Numbered from the whole stretch's first letter, positions 22,891 to 37,816 are shown. The stretch is DNA of 56,118 bases, filler included, from Dugesia japonica (GCA_001938525.1; 4 parts of 4 records of this genome joined end to end with filler, not necessarily neighbours in it); one strand, 5' to 3'. Program-made: numbers and translations. Notes: generated by a model not told the origin, from the sequence alone.

Positions 22891-25800
22891 TTAATCCTGC
22901 TGGACTGCTCCAAGACCAGAATCAGTTAAAGATTCTCCATCACCAGATAAACCATCATCAGATACGGCATCTCCTCTATTTGGGCGACCACCAGTACGAA
23001 CTCTTCGTTCCAATCTAACAATTTATTAAATTTATCAAATTCTTTAATATTATGTCATTTTCAAATTATTGAATTTCGTTCATTAAATACCTTTCAATTT
23101 TAGTTTTAAGAACTTTTATCTCTTGATCACGGGCTTCTTTCGTTTCATTGACTTCTTCCAAATCACGTTGCAATCTACGATTTTGAGTAGTCAAAGCAGA
23201 ATTATTTTCTTGTTCCATTTGCAAACTTCTTTCTGCTTTTTTATATCTTCCAGTAGCTTTTTCAATTTGCTCAATCGCATTATCAGCCCGCTTTTGTTCA
23301 TCAACCATCTAAAATCAATGCATCATAAAAAAAAATTAAAAGAATTATACAAGGGCCATTATTTCCTTTAATTTTCTTTCTAATTTCTTATTATTTCGGT
23401 TTGCTTGATTAATTTCTTCACTTTTGGCATCTAATTGAGCATCAAGACTCTGGATTTTATTTTGTTGAGCTGCAACGGTAGCTTTGTACTTTTTACCAGC
23501 TTCCACTTCTAATTCTTCGATTTTTTCGTGTAATTCTTTATTCTTTAAATATAAATTAAAAATAAAATCATATAATATGCATTAACTAGTCTTTCAGCAG
23601 TAGATTTTTGATTTTCCAAGCGTGTGACATTTTGGCGTTCAACATTTAATTCATTTTGAACTTGTTCTAATTGATTTGTTATTTTTTTGTTTTTGTCTTC
23701 TAATTCAGCAAGAAGTAACTGCAATTCTTCATAATCCATATTTAATGCTGATAAATTACTTTCAATTCGTTTTTTATCAGCAATAGCGGTGTCTTTATTC
23801 ACGGTTAAAGTAGCGATTTCTTCTAAAGCATCATCTCTTTCAGTTATTATTGTTCTTTTAACACGTTCTAATTGTGATAAATCCTCTGTTAATTGATTAA
23901 TGCTATTGTCAGCTGTTCGTAAGCGCTTCTCCAATTCCTTAATTTGTTTCAAAGCTTCATTTTTCGCATTTAAAGCTTCTTGCATTTCTCTTTGACTATT
24001 GATAGATGTTCCTTGGTGTTTTTTAATTTGCCTTGACAAGTCTTCTTTAATCTAAATATTTTACATGTAAATTGATGAAATTTAAAATGAATGCAGAATT
24101 TTGTTTTAAAATAATTAATTGAAGGTTTACTTTGAAGTAATTAATTATTCAAAATAACTATCTATGCATAATTAATCTCAAATATTTGCGGGAGTCTAAT
24201 CAATAATTTAACTTTAACATTTTTTTACATAAGCAGTTGATAAGTAGATTTTATGTTTGAGTATAGATTCTAATAGATTATTAAACTTTCTAAAAATTAT
24301 TTAAAACTAGTTTATTCTGAGGCACCCGTGGCATGCATAATTTTTGAATTTTAATTTAATTTTCAATCTGAAAATGAGAATAATTGGAGTAAATCTAATT
24401 TTCTTTAATTTCGTTATCTAAAGTTTGTAGCTAGTAATACAGCAAACCACTAAAAAAATTATCTTTTCCTTAATTTTAAAAATAATTATGACTAATTCAA
24501 ATGAATATTTGATAATTCAGACAAAAGGCGGATCTACTTCTTCACCCCAAACTTATTCAAATATCAGTTCATCGTTATGATATATTAGTTTGCTAATTCC
24601 AACACACTTATACAAATTATTTTTTTTTACTTTTTTACTTTTATTTATATTGAATTTATATTTTCTGTAAGTTTTTCGGCTTTAAAATTGCAATTTTGAT
24701 TAGAATTTTAATTTTGTAATTTCTTTTGTAATGTACACTTAATTCTGTTTTTACGCGACAGATGTTCCTAGATTGCAAATCCTTAAAAAAGATGGCATTG
24801 TTTCTACATTTTAAATATCAGCTAAAATAAAGTGAAAATATTATGCAAATTCATGGTTCTTATTTATACACGTTTTATTTAAACAAAAGAAACTATTCAT
24901 TTAATAATTATTCTATAAAAGTAGAGCAAAGATTTACATTAAAAAAACAAAAACATTAATAATTTCAAAAAATATATAAACCACGTAAAAAGTAAAAAAA
25001 TTCCAATTTTTTTGGAATCGCGTAGAATCAAATTCCCATAAAAAATTAAGTGTATATAAATTAATATATGAATTTAATATAAAAGCGTTAATAATAATTA
25101 TTTTAAAATAAAATAATATACTTATATTTGCAAGTAGTATGTGCGATCGTTCCAGAGAATCAGCGAGCGAATTGAGTTTTTATTTATTACAATAAAACAA
25201 ATAAAATAATTTTTAAATTTAATTATTTTAAGAAGGATTTTAATAAAACACAAATTCATACAAATTACCTTTTCCGATTCACTCAACTGATTCATCAAAT
25301 CAACATTTTCAATTTCTAATTTCTTTTTTAATGAAGCCAAAGAAGTTCTTTGTTTTTGTTCTTCTTCTAAAGTTGCTTCTGTATCACGGAGTTTTTTGTT
25401 AAGGATTTTAAATTGTTCATCATGCATTTCATCTTTAGAACTCAATTCTCTGTCAAGTTGTGCTTTTGTGGCAGTTAATTGCATCTTAAATTATATTAAA
25501 CAATGATTATCAATTATTGTTTATACTTCAATTCTTTCTTTATTCATTTGAAGAGTCGCGTTTTCTTCTTCTAATTCTTCAATAGTATTTTTACAGTTAT
25601 CCAAATCAGTTTCTAACTGAATTTTGACTTTTTCTAAACTTCCAATCTAGTTAATGAAACATTATAAACGAACATTTTCCAACAAAGTACTATCTTACAT
25701 TTTTACCCACGTCATCTTTGTTAGATACCAATTCATTTAACTGACGAGTTAATAAGGACTTAGAATTTTCTAATTCAATTAGTTTATCTTCGTTTGCTGT

Positions 25801-28800
25801 AATTTCTCTTTGTAATTGCATAATTCGAGTTTCTTTTTCACGATTTTCCTTTTCCAATATTTCTTTTTCAGACAAATATTTTTTATTTAAATTCATAATT
25901 TCATTGACTTGAGATTCCATTTTTTTAAGCTTTCGATCACTTTGAGTTTGATCATTTTTCTGACCTTCTAAGGCATGGTACGCATCTTGAAGCTAAAAAT
26001 TTATTAAATCATTTTGAAAATATTTTAAATTACTTCAGCTTGAATAATTCTTTTAGCCTTTTCAGATCTGTCAACTTGATTTAAAGCTTCTTCTAACCTA
26101 ATTTGTAATTCTTCTCGTTCGCGCATTATTTTTTTACGAGAATCATCTAATTCCAACAATTGATTAGCATCATCTTCTACTTTCTTTTTCACTTCTTGCA
26201 TTTGTGTTTGTAAGATTTGAACATGTTTTTCCAAATTTTCTTTCATTTGTTGTTCTTCTTCTAACTGATCCTTAATTTGCGAGATTTCGCCTATTACTTG
26301 TCTTAATGATGTTTGAGCTGCTAATTTTAATCGAGTTTCTTCTTCAAAATTTTTTTGTAAATCTTCTAATTGACTTTTTAACGAAATTTCAGATTTAGTA
26401 ATTTGTGATAGCTTGCTCTCAGAAGATTCAAGACTAAGGGCTAATTTATCACATACTTCTGTTTGTTTTTTGAGTTTTGTTTCAATATCTAATTTGTACT
26501 CCTCAACTTCTGCTAAACGATTCAATGATTCAGAAAGTTGTTGTTCGGTATTCTTTTTAAGTTTTTCAGATTCAGCTCTATTAAATATATTTAATTACCA
26601 TATTGAAATTATAAATTTAAAACTACAAAACAAAAATTTACGATTCTTACTTTGATGATCGCAAAATTGATAATTCATTATTAGCATCATTAAGTTCTTC
26701 TTGTAATTGCAATTTAGCCTTTTCAATTGCAACTTTTGACTTATTAGATGTCTCTAATTGATTATTAAGATTTTCTATTGAAACGGCAGCTTTTTTTCTA
26801 ATTTCTTGAATTTCAGCTTCAGCTCTCCTAAATAAAAATTATGATTAAGAGAACTTTAAATAATAATTTGTTAACTTAGTTTCATCATCCAACGATTTTT
26901 TAATGTTTTGTAACTCAACTTCTTTTTTACGTAAAATAGTTTGTTGTTCTTCTGAAGTATTACCAGTGTCAAGTAATTCCATTTTGAGTGATTCAATCTC
27001 TTCAGCTAAATCTCGTTTTGCTTTTTCTGCTCTTTCCTTCGAACGTTTTTCTGCTTCAAGGTCTTCTTTTATTTCAGAAATTGCATTCTCTACATCTCTT
27101 ATTTGTCTTTGGGCAGCTGATTTTGCCATTGTTTCTTCTTCGAGTTTAGTCTGCATTTCTGTAATTTGAATTTCAGCTTTTTCCAGAGTAATTCTTATTT
27201 CTTCATAAGTATGAGATTGTGTGGATAAATTATCTGATTTTTCAGCTAATTCTGTTTCCAATCTTCTTTTAGTTTTTTCCAAATCTTGTCGCGCAGCTTG
27301 TTCACGACTCAATCTTTCCTCTAATTCACTAATACTTGCTTCATGACGAGATTTCAGATTCATCAATTGTTTACTCTTTTTTTCTTCTTCTGTTAAGGTA
27401 GACATAATATCCTAAAACATAAAAATTTAAGTTTTCTTTTTGGAAAAACACCAGAAATTTACAGCTAATTTTTCCTCAAGAGACTTTTTCTCTCTAATCA
27501 GTTTGTTAAGCTTATCCTCTAATTCAGCCACTTTTTCTTCTAATTCCTTTATTCGTTTATCAGCAGTAAGCTTTTCAGTTTGTATTTTTTGTAAATGTTG
27601 TTCTTCTAATTCTAAATTTTGACTAAGATTTCCAATCTAAAATTAAAACGTAGTAAAATTTTTTATGTAAAATTATTTATAAAAATTTACTTCTTCATTT
27701 AATTTCTTTTTTTCTATTTCCAATTTGCTGCATTTATCTCTAGTTTCTATCTCTCTCAATTCACATTCCTGCGCTTCTAATCCAATATCATTTAATCGTT
27801 TAATTAAATTTTCTCTTTCCTAATAATCATTATTTAATACGTAAATAAAATTTTAATTACTCCTTCGAGATCTTGTAATGCGAATCTTTCTTTTTCCAAA
27901 TCTTCTTGGAGTTTACTTTTTTCCTCCGTTAGAGATTCATAATTCTTTTTAGTCACTTCGAATTCATTTGTCATTTTTTCTAAAGATTCTTTGGTCTACA
28001 AGAAATGCTGATTTGCATTAATAATTTTTTTAAGTTACTTTTTTCAATTCTTCCTCTTTCAGTGCAACTACTTCCTCTTGTCTGGTCACACTCAATAAAG
28101 GTTTTACACGAGTAAACAATTTCCACCATGACCAATTTCTCAATTTTAAATAAGCAGTACAATTTCTTTGTATAATTTTTACAGCATTAAGATGTTGTGA
28201 TCGGTTTTGCAAATTTCTAAAAAAAACAATTTCAATAATTATTAAAAAATATATCTAAAAATGTTTCACTTTTCTACTTTTATTTTTATCATTAATTTAG
28301 AAATAATTCAGTAACATTTCATAAATAGTAATCAATAATTATTTCTAATCTATTTGCACCTACGTCAATGCAGTTTAGAATTAATAATCGAAATTCATTT
28401 TAATTTTGCAAACATTTCCAACACAAAATTATTCTATGTGTATTTAAATGATCGTTGATTCATCAGAAAAATCAGTCATCATCGAGAAAATTATCATCAT
28501 TAATAATCAAAATACACATACAGACAAATGCTAAATGTATAATATACTATCTATACTATTAAGAAATAAGATTTAATTCAGATATTAAAATAGATTTTTC
28601 ATTAATAATTCATTACTTTCTTGCCAAGTATCCACGTGCAAAAGACTGAAATTTAACAATAATTTCTGTTAATTTCGTGTCACGGTCTTCTTCCAATCTA
28701 GCCAAAACACCCGCTTTAAAAAATATTTTACTTTGCCCAATTCGATAATTTGAAACATCAATGTCCAAAGCTCCAAGCATTAGTTCAGTAGCTTTACGAC

Positions 28801-31800
28801 CGTCCATAAATCCCTGAAAAATAAAACCTAATAAATTAATATATTAATAAATTTACTTTTGGTATGACATTTGGAGTAAGAATTCCGTAACGTTGTTTAA
28901 ATTCCTGGAATAGAATTCTATTTGGAAACCCTTGTCTGCAAATTCTAATACCTTCCAATACACCATTGCATTTCAGTTGATCAATAACTAATCTGGAATC
29001 AATTTTTCCCGCCTAGTTTATGAAATATTAAATACAATTTTCACTGAAATTTCTAAGTATAATTAAAAAAATATAATTTAAATCAACAATACGTTTATCC
29101 ATTTATTGAAAATTTTACCTCTGTATCAATATTACTTACATTGTCGAATAGAATAAATCATTGATCAAAGTTTAATAATTACAAAAACACGCTAAGTATA
29201 ACAACTTAATACAATTCATAACAAACCAAACACGAAAATAAACAAAACAATATCCAATAATATAATATTACTAATTCTTTTACATTGTAAACTTGGATTC
29301 AAAATGAATGTACTTTTCTGTTTATTTCCTTTATAACTTTTAAAATCTCAAAATTTCGACATTGAAAATTATGAATTAATTATATTTTTAATCAATAAAA
29401 TTTAATATAACTGATTTTTGGTTAGTCAAAGCATACTTAAAGAAATACTTTAGAATATAAAAAAAATATATGAATTAAATTAATATCAAATTAAAAATTA
29501 AAAATTATTATATTTAATTATTCTTAGATTTATAAGAATGAATTATAAAATTTGTAATATGAAAGTTTAAAAATTTTTAGGAACAAAAGCAAATGAGTTA
29601 GATTTAACTTTAAATTACCTTAACTGATTTTTAAATAAAAATATTTAACATTTTGTTATTACTTTTTTTTCGTGATTTGGAATAATGCATCTAACAAAAT
29701 TCGGACTGGTATTATTAAGAACATCCATTAACTTAGTTAAAGATTCTTTATAAAGTTGACCAACAGTTCGAAACATGCCTTTACGAGTTTTAGCACCACC
29801 AAATGCTGATTCCTGTGCAGTGGTTGTTGATAAACCAATGATATTTTCAGTATCTTTCCAAATAGTCTAAATAATGAGTTATGGTAATAAATAACAATTA
29901 ATTAATTTTCATTACTTGAACAAATAATTCATTAGATTCTTGCAACAAACTCACAACATTTTCATTGAGGGGATCCATATTTTTTACTAACCAGTTATCA
30001 GCAACATAATCTACTTTACCTGCGTAATGTATCACGCCGAAATCTGCCTTAGCCCTGAAATCTGTTGCTTTAAATTTAGAGTGACTTGATTGATTTTTAA
30101 TTATTTTCTCGACAAATGTTTTGCTAGTAGCTTTTGGAAAGAAGCACTCTTCATCTAATAAAGATAAAATACCCATTGGCTAAAATAAATAAAGTTATGA
30201 ATTGAGAAAAATCATGATAAAATTTACTTTCTCAATCAAATCTATAGTAGGCTGTAAATCAAGACCAAAATCTATAAACTCCCATTTTATATTTTCTTTT
30301 CTATATTCTTCTTGTTCAAGTATGAACATAGTATGGTTGAAAAGTTGTTGTAATTTTTCATTAGTGTAATTAATGCATAATTGTTCAAAAGAGTTGATCT
30401 ACATATTGTTTATTATACGAGAAAATTATAAGAAGAAATAAACTTCAAATATTTCAAAACCAGCAATATCAAGAATTCCAATAAAATTAGTTTTCTGTCT
30501 ATTTCTATCAATAGATCGATTGATTCTCATTACCAGCCATCGAAACATTCTTTCATAAGTAGATTTACTAATAGCTTCAACTGAAAATTCAGCCTGTTCT
30601 TTAGTTTGAGCTTTTGCTACAACTTCTCTTCCAACTTTTAGCTTAGGTTTCAAAAGAGCTTTAGTCATTTCAGTAACTGGTAAACCAAGAAGATGTGCGA
30701 CCTTTTGAGCAACTAAATAACATAAATCAATGATCACCAACGCTAAATTATAGATTTTTGTGTAGTAATATTTGAGACAATTTACGTGTTGCTAATATTA
30801 AATAACAAAGACCTAATTCAAGTAAAATTGTACTATGCACTTATTGAACAGACTGTGTGAATGTCAGTAATCTGGTGTAAATAACGATAAGATAACATTC
30901 GTGTTTTAACAATACAAAACGTATTGAAATAGATTTTTAGTAAAATGAGTTAATCTTAATAATTAAAATTTGAAATTATACATTTATAGTAAAAAAGTAC
31001 TTTATTGCTTTAAAGAAATAAACGACTTTGATTTTATAAAATTGACGTGAATCAATTAAATTTTAATTAAATTCTGAATACGATAAAGTCCGGATAATTC
31101 GCGGTAAAGATTTTGACTCCGGTTTTAAAAATATAAATATTTATATGAGCAAAATTTTTTAATAAACTGAATTCAAATTTTTTACTCTATATAATTTAAA
31201 AGAATATTGATGTACAACTAAGTAACCAATTCTCACCTGTATTATCTGGTAAAGCAGCTTGATCTGAGCTTCTTTCTTGTTTGAATTCAATATTACCCAT
31301 ATGTAATACGGCAGAAATTACACGGAAAATTGCTAAATAATGAATTTAATATGTTCGTTTTAAAAACTAATAAGATACAATCTTGCTCGTCTTTTGAAAT
31401 TCCTATAATATCGAGCGATTCAACAGTATCCTTAAACATTTGTCTTTCATCATAATCTGGGACAGTAATCATTCCATTTGAAAGCAGTTTATATGTGGAC
31501 ACATTCTCTAAAATTAATTCTTTTTTCAAATTATCATCAGCTCCAATAAGTAATTGATAGAAAATATGAAAACACCTCTCGCTAGCTGCTTGTCTAATAA
31601 CTCTAGCTTTTTCTAAAAGATCTAAAATAAAAATATGTTAAAGAATTTTATTGAAAAGAAATCCGTTTCGAAAATATATAATTAAATAATATAATATAAT
31701 TAATTAATAATATAATTAATTAATAATATAATTAATTAATAATATAATATAAATAATTAATAATATAATTAAATTTTAATATTTTCGAAATAATAAAATT

Positions 31801-34153
31801 TATGATAATTTAAAATGCCATTGAACAATCTTAACCTTTGATATACAATTTAAAGCTAAAACATTCTACGAAAAAAATAAACCATTTGCAACGAATAAAA
31901 TCAATTATGAAATTTAATGAAATTATTGGACTAATTCTAAATCATAGGACTTCAAATTAAGAATTATTATTTTTCATGTATTCAATCCATATTATTTTTA
32001 TTTAAAATTAGGAAATATATACGATTTTTAAACAAACCATACAAAATTAAAAATTCAATAATAAATCTAACTAAACACTGAAAAAAAATTTATTTGCATA
32101 ATTTACATGAATTTTTCTTTATTCATCACTACATATTTTATCAAGAACTATAAATAATTTAATGGGTGTATTGTTTCTAATTTTCAGACTATATTCATTA
32201 TAAATTAATAATTTAAATGACTTTTTTCTTTAAAAAAACATTAATTTTTAATATTAATATTAATATATTATTAAACACTTAATAAAATTATACGCACATG
32301 TTTCAATATTTGCACTAGAGATGAATCCAGAATTGTCGAAATTAATTCGAATAAATTTACCCTATAATAATAATTTCGACATATGAAGATTAATAAAATC
32401 TTACAAATCGTGATGAATTGTCATTTTTAATGGTTTTCGCATTTCCGAAAGCTTCCAGAATTGGATTAGCTTGCAATAATTGTGTTTCTAATTCTCCCTA
32501 CATAATAAAATGAATAATTATTAAGACATGCATGTTAATATCTTGTTAATATATCTCGGATAAAAGACATTTATTTTTTACATTTTTGTTAGTAAATTTT
32601 TAATCTACATATTACATAATTAAATTTTTGCAATTGTAATTGGGTGCAGCAGCGACAGCATAAAATACATCAAATTATATTGAAAGCAATTTAAGTGAAC
32701 AATTATAGCAAATATATATTTGGAAATATCAAATTTNGACTAATGAAATAGCACTTTATAGGTAATATAGTTTAAATTTAAAAACTTACAATATTTACAT
32801 CATGTGCCTGAATAAAGATAATGTTATAACCAAAAGCAAATAAAATTTCATAAATTATATTATACATAGTGAATACAAAGATGTTTATTTTAGTTCAATA
32901 ATATAATTAATCAATCAATATCTACAATGAGTTTTCATTATGTGAATATCACATTGAAATTCAAAATGAATTCCAATACATTGTTATCAATTATTACAAT
33001 ACGTAGTTTAAATAGACTTAATCCAAAATCCATTTTACTTAAGAATTTCAAATAATTTTTGCTAANNNNNNNNNNAATTTTTAACATGAAATTTTAATTT
33101 CAATTTAAATTTTGTATATAAAAGATTTTTAATAAAATGAATTTGAGTGAAATATATCAAAAGAAGTATCTTAAAAATTTCGTTACAACGATATTTACAG
33201 AAATCAAAATTTAGCAGAAAATAGTGGCTTTGGTATTGAAGTTAGAATAACTAAATTAATCTAGCAATTTACAATTTAATTAGGTAATAAAATAATCATT
33301 AAAATTTATAATTATGAAAAAACAATTTGATTAATTTTTTTAAAAAAGTTTAAACCGTAATTTGAAATATTAACTAACATAAAACTGTGATAAAGCATTA
33401 TTAGCAGTTGTTTTTTGATTCTTTAATGAAGTAGCAACAGATGCAAGGTATTGAATGACTTTTTTAGTATTTTCAGTTTTTCCAGCTCCAGATTCACCAC
33501 TGTAAATATATTAAAACATTTATTTAGATATAGTAGCTTTTACGTGCAGAGTATTGATTGATTTTCTTTATCTGAAACGAAATTTTTAAATGTTACTAAA
33601 CTTTATTAAAATTATTACCCTGAAGCATATTTCGATATGCTACATCAGTAACGGCATAAATATGGGGTGGTCTTTCGTGACGTTTTCTACCTTTATACCA
33701 TTCAATAACGTTGTCGGTGTATATAGGCAAACGCTTGTATGGATTCACAACAACGCAAAATAATCCAGAATAAGTCTAATTTTATATATTTAGATTTAAC
33801 TCAAAGAAATTTATTACGTAAATTAAGTCTGAAAAATATCTATCCTTTAAATTGAATAAAACTGAAGCTTCATTTAAGTAAGTTAAATCAGCCATATCTT
33901 CAGATTTAAGAAATTTTGGTGGATTCATTTTTTGAATATTCTCTATGGGGAACTTTACAGACTTTCCATTTTCTAATTTAACTGTTGCTTCATCACCTTT
34001 CTCCTCGATTAGTGAACCTGATATAAATCCTTCAATTTCATCGGGTATCCAAACCAATTTTTTATTTGCCCAATCGGATAGGTTAGCAGAATCAGAAACC
34101 AAGCTTTTATCAACTTGCAAATATTGTAAATTTTTTGCCTCAATTGTTACCAT
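22891..34153 (-). CDS. Non-muscle myosin II heavy chain (zipper/MYH9-10-like), 28 exons: 34153-33818, 33775-33619, 33571-33544, 33499-33379, 32497-32405, 32361-32298, 31621-31379, 31332-31237, 30712-30444, 30398-30228, 30179-29916, 29866-29663, 29012-28857, 28813-28617, 28216-28039, 27995-27861, 27819-27691, 27636-27463, 27411-26876, 26827-26651, 26577-26034, 25992-25699, 25646-25527, 25484-25269, 24051-23587, 23542-23351, 23308-23091, 23014-22891
   Basis: SH3-like N-terminus, NPPKF..EDMA.LT.LNEASVL, P-loop [57 protein letters not shown] motifs, [12 protein letters not shown], a long coiled coil and an acidic non-helical tail. All introns are GT-AG and the exons sum to 5901 nt in frame. Confidence 0.95.
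24100..24660. repeat. Dispersed non-coding repeat, copy A (myosin intron)
   Basis: GGATCTACTTCTTCACCCCAAACTTATTCAAATAT (~24530) and flanking blocks are reverse-complement matches to ~35790-36260. Confidence 0.7.
31680..31772. repeat. AT-only ~16-bp tandem repeat (AATTAATTAATAATAT)n in myosin intron
   Basis: Several tandem copies are directly visible. Confidence 0.75.
32790..32807 (-). other. Candidate 18-nt alternative microexon (AHDVNI) in myosin loop 1
   Basis: The minus strand reads tctttattcag|GCACATGATGTAAATATT|gtaagt. It is phase 0/0 between ...ALSQFY and GELETQLL. Confidence 0.7.
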
Positions 34154-34670
34154 TTTTTAATAATATTATAACTAAACGACAAATAAAATTATGATAATTT
34201 TTAACTTTATGAGTTACATATATATGTTACTTTATTTATTATACTTCGTTTAAACATTTAGTAATTAAATTATCGGAAAAACGGAAGTAATTTAATTATT
34301 TTCAAAGTTTTATTTTAATAATTTAATAATAATTTTAATATATTTCTATATTTTTAATTTACAAATTTATTTCACCTAATTTTATGCGTTTGATAAAATA
34401 AGATTTAAATAAAAAGCGATAAATTAGGAAAATTATTCAAATCTGTAATATTGGTTATTGAAGAATGTAAAATAAATTTGATGAGTATTATTAAAATTAT
34501 TATTACAATTTACAAAGTTTAATATTTTCAAATAATAAAAATTGATTTGATAATTTCAAAATTATTAATTCATATTTACTCAAAATAATTTCAACCAAAA
34601 TTAAAATTAAATTTGAGATTATAGTCAAATTATCGTCATCAACCATCTAAAACATGGTTAAAAATAAATA

Positions 34671-35700
34671 AAGGGTGTGCACGATAAATTGACAAAATTA
34701 AGAAAAAAAAACAATTATTATATTAAGTGAAATCTATTTTTTATTGTAAATGTACAAAAACAGTCTTAATTTTTTGAATATTTCAAAGAAACCTCCATTT
34801 ACGTCAATTATAGATTATGAAAAAACAATTTGGATATGACGTAAAAATCTGGAACACGCTTCCATTAGCTTCTCTTTATCCATGAAAATCATAATTTTCT
34901 CAATTTTAACTTTTAGAGCTTCTTTATTAGTGTGAGGTAATTTATTAACTCATCTCTCAAGAATGCTCCACAAATAATAGTCGAAAGTATTCGCATCTGA
35001 TGAACTAGGTAGCAAGATTTCCTTAAACCAGAATTCAGAAAAATTGACACTGAGAAATTTTTTGAGCTGTACTGGTGGTGCACATATCTTGTTGGAAGAT
35101 AAAATGGTGTCCATTTGCGACTATCTTCATCCATGGAAAAAATGAATCCCCAAAAACCTCTATGTAAACATCAGCAGTCATCCTCAAACCTTGTTGGAAA
35201 AAATAGAGTGTTATGATATCTCCTTCATTACTGGTAACATCTAACACCATGACTGTAGCAGGAAATTTCGTTTTCAACACTAATAGAACTTTATCAATAT
35301 TTGCACATAGCCATCTGCTGTTTCTCTTATTGAAAATCTTTTCGTCGGAGAAAAAAATTAAATGGTTTTTTTTCTTAAGGATTTTCAATTTGAATAGAAG
35401 TTTCTTTGCTTTTTCATATCTCATTTCTTTTATCTTCTGTGTCATAAACTGGCCTATTCTAAGGACACATGATCTGTATCTAATATCTTCATTGATAATT
35501 TTACGAACCATTGCATGCGACATTTTCAATTTTTTGCCATGGAACGCATTGGTTTGTCTGGATTTTAATTTATGATATCCTGAATTCTGTATCCAATATC
35601 TACACTTGTGCGATCTTTGCTTCCATTATGCATTTTTCTTGTTGGTGTTACAACTTCAGTAATCTTCCTTAACGTTGTTGATTGTTAGTATCTCGGTGTT
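34671..35700 (-). mobile_element. Tc1/mariner (DD37D/maT-like) transposon relic
   Basis: IFFSDEKIF, TKFPATVMV, GLRMTADVYIEV, FIFQQD and a degenerate PSSSDANTFDYYLW (WPP.SPDLNP.D). A TIR-like end TA|AAGGGTGTGCACGATAAATTG lies at 34669-34691. Confidence 0.85.
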
Positions 35701-35789
35701 GACATCTAATAAAAATATGAAAAATATACTTTGAAAAAAATATATACAAGACCGTGGATGCTAAGCAAGTTTCTCACTAATTATAATTT

Positions 35790-36260
35790 AGAATTTGATT
35801 AATTTTTGAATTTTTTTAATATTTCATTTTATTTGTATAAGTGTGGTTGAATTGGCAAAATAATATACTATAACGGTTAACGAATATTTGAATTAGTTTA
35901 GGGTGAAGAAGTAGATCCAATTAACCGTGGCTTTTTGTGACTTACAAGAACCGTTACTACATGATGCAACACAATTTACTCACAATGTTTTGTATACAGC
36001 AATACTTCACAAAACAAATACTAGCGTTTCATTGTAAAAACATTAAATTTTACTCCTCTTTCTTTAATTTACTCTTATTATTCTCAATTTCAGAATGAAA
36101 ATTAAAAAGAAATAAATTTCAGAATAAATTTCTTGATAAAAGATGATTATCTCAAATAATTTTAACTATAACGTATACAATGGTTAACTTACGATACTTC
36201 CAAAAGTTATGAAATGAACTACAATTATGAACTATTACGTCATCAATTAATGTAAATTGC
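35790..36260. repeat. Dispersed non-coding repeat, copy B (inverted relative to copy A)
   Basis: ATATTTGAATTAGTTTAGGGTGAAGAAGTAGATCC (~35884), ATTTGTATAAGTGTGGTTGAATTGGCAAA and TTATTCTCAATTTCAGAATGAAAATT match copy A. Confidence 0.7.
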
Positions 36261-37748
36261 ATAGCGTCCAATAAAATTTACAAAGATTGTGCCCTCGATT
36301 GACTTTTATATTTTTACCCTGTGTGTACATTTGAAATCAATAAATGTTAAAGTTATTGAATTTGTTTTTGTTTTAGTCATTTTTTACTGATTAATCTAGT
36401 CAAATTAATGTGATACACACATATATTTTCTCACTCTCAATTTAAAACAAATAAAATCATCCAGTACTTTTTTAGAGTCAGTTGCACTAGCAAGAGAAAT
36501 AGTTATCAAACAACCAGTATAAATTATTGTCAAACATTTCATCAAATTTAAGAAAATTTTAATTAAAATCGAGTTAATACCACAACAATGGTTACAGAAT
36601 GATGTTCATTGACTTTCAGGAGAAAAAGATTTAATAGAAAATGATAAAAGAATAATATGAAGATAAGGGCATATAATTATTTTTCAAATTACAGTTATTG
36701 CTAGAATAATTGTTGGATCACATTTTAAAAATTTCAATAAATTAAAAAGCTGTCAAAATATTGTTTTTTTGTTGTTATTGGTAATTTGAATTTTCAAAAA
36801 TTCACTTCTTCAAGAATTTACTTTTTGATTTATTCAAGATTTATTTATTGAAATAGAAATATGTTTGGAAATTATTTTATTNNNNNNNNNNNNNNNNNNN
36901 NNNNNNNNNNNNNNNNNNNNNNNNNTTAATTAATTAANNNNNNNNNNNNNNNNNNNNNNNNNNNNNNNNNNNNNNNNNNNNCTTAAATACGGATTTGAAA
37001 TCTCAGTTTCAAAACAATATTTCAACATCTATGACTTCATATTCACTAAACTAATAAGATTGTTGCCATGAATATAGAAAGAACTTTTATTTTTTGAAGT
37101 TTATGGGAAAGATTCATACTTTACAATTATTACTTGAAGCTTTTCTAACCGCAAAGCCATCATTTACCCNNNNNNNNNNNNNNNNNNNNNNNNNNNNNNN
37201 NNNNNNNNNNNNNNNNNNNNNNNNNNNNNNNNNNNNNNNNNNNNNNNNNNNNNNNNNNNNNNNNNNNNNNNNNNNNNNNNNNNNNNNNNNNNNNNNNNNN
37301 NNNNNNNNNNNNNNNNNNNNNNNNNNNNNNNNNNNNNNNNNNNNNNNNNNNNNNNNNNNNNNNNNNNNNNNNNNNNNNNNNNATTGATTATATGTTGAGT
37401 GTTTTACAATATTTGATAAAAAATTAATTAATAAAAAAGTAATTATTAATTAATGATTGATTAAATAAATATAACATTGTACAAAATAAATAACAACAGT
37501 TTTTGCACTCATGTTTATTATAATAATAATTATTATAACAATTGTATTATAACAATAAAATCACAAAATATTATTGTCATTATCATTCTTTTTCTTCTTC
37601 TTAAAATTATTATTATNNNNNNNNNNNNNNNNNNNNNNNNNNNNNNNNNNNNNNNNNNNNNNNNNNNNNNNNNNNNNNNNNNNNNNNNNNNNNNNNNNNN
37701 NNNNNNNNNNNNNNNNNNNNNNNNNNNNNNNNNNNNNNNNNNNNNNNN

Positions 37749-37815
<67 letters not shown>
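37749..37815. repeat. (ATT)n microsatellite at gap edge
   Basis: Perfect trinucleotide run. Confidence 0.95.
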
Positions 37816-37816
<1 letters not shown>

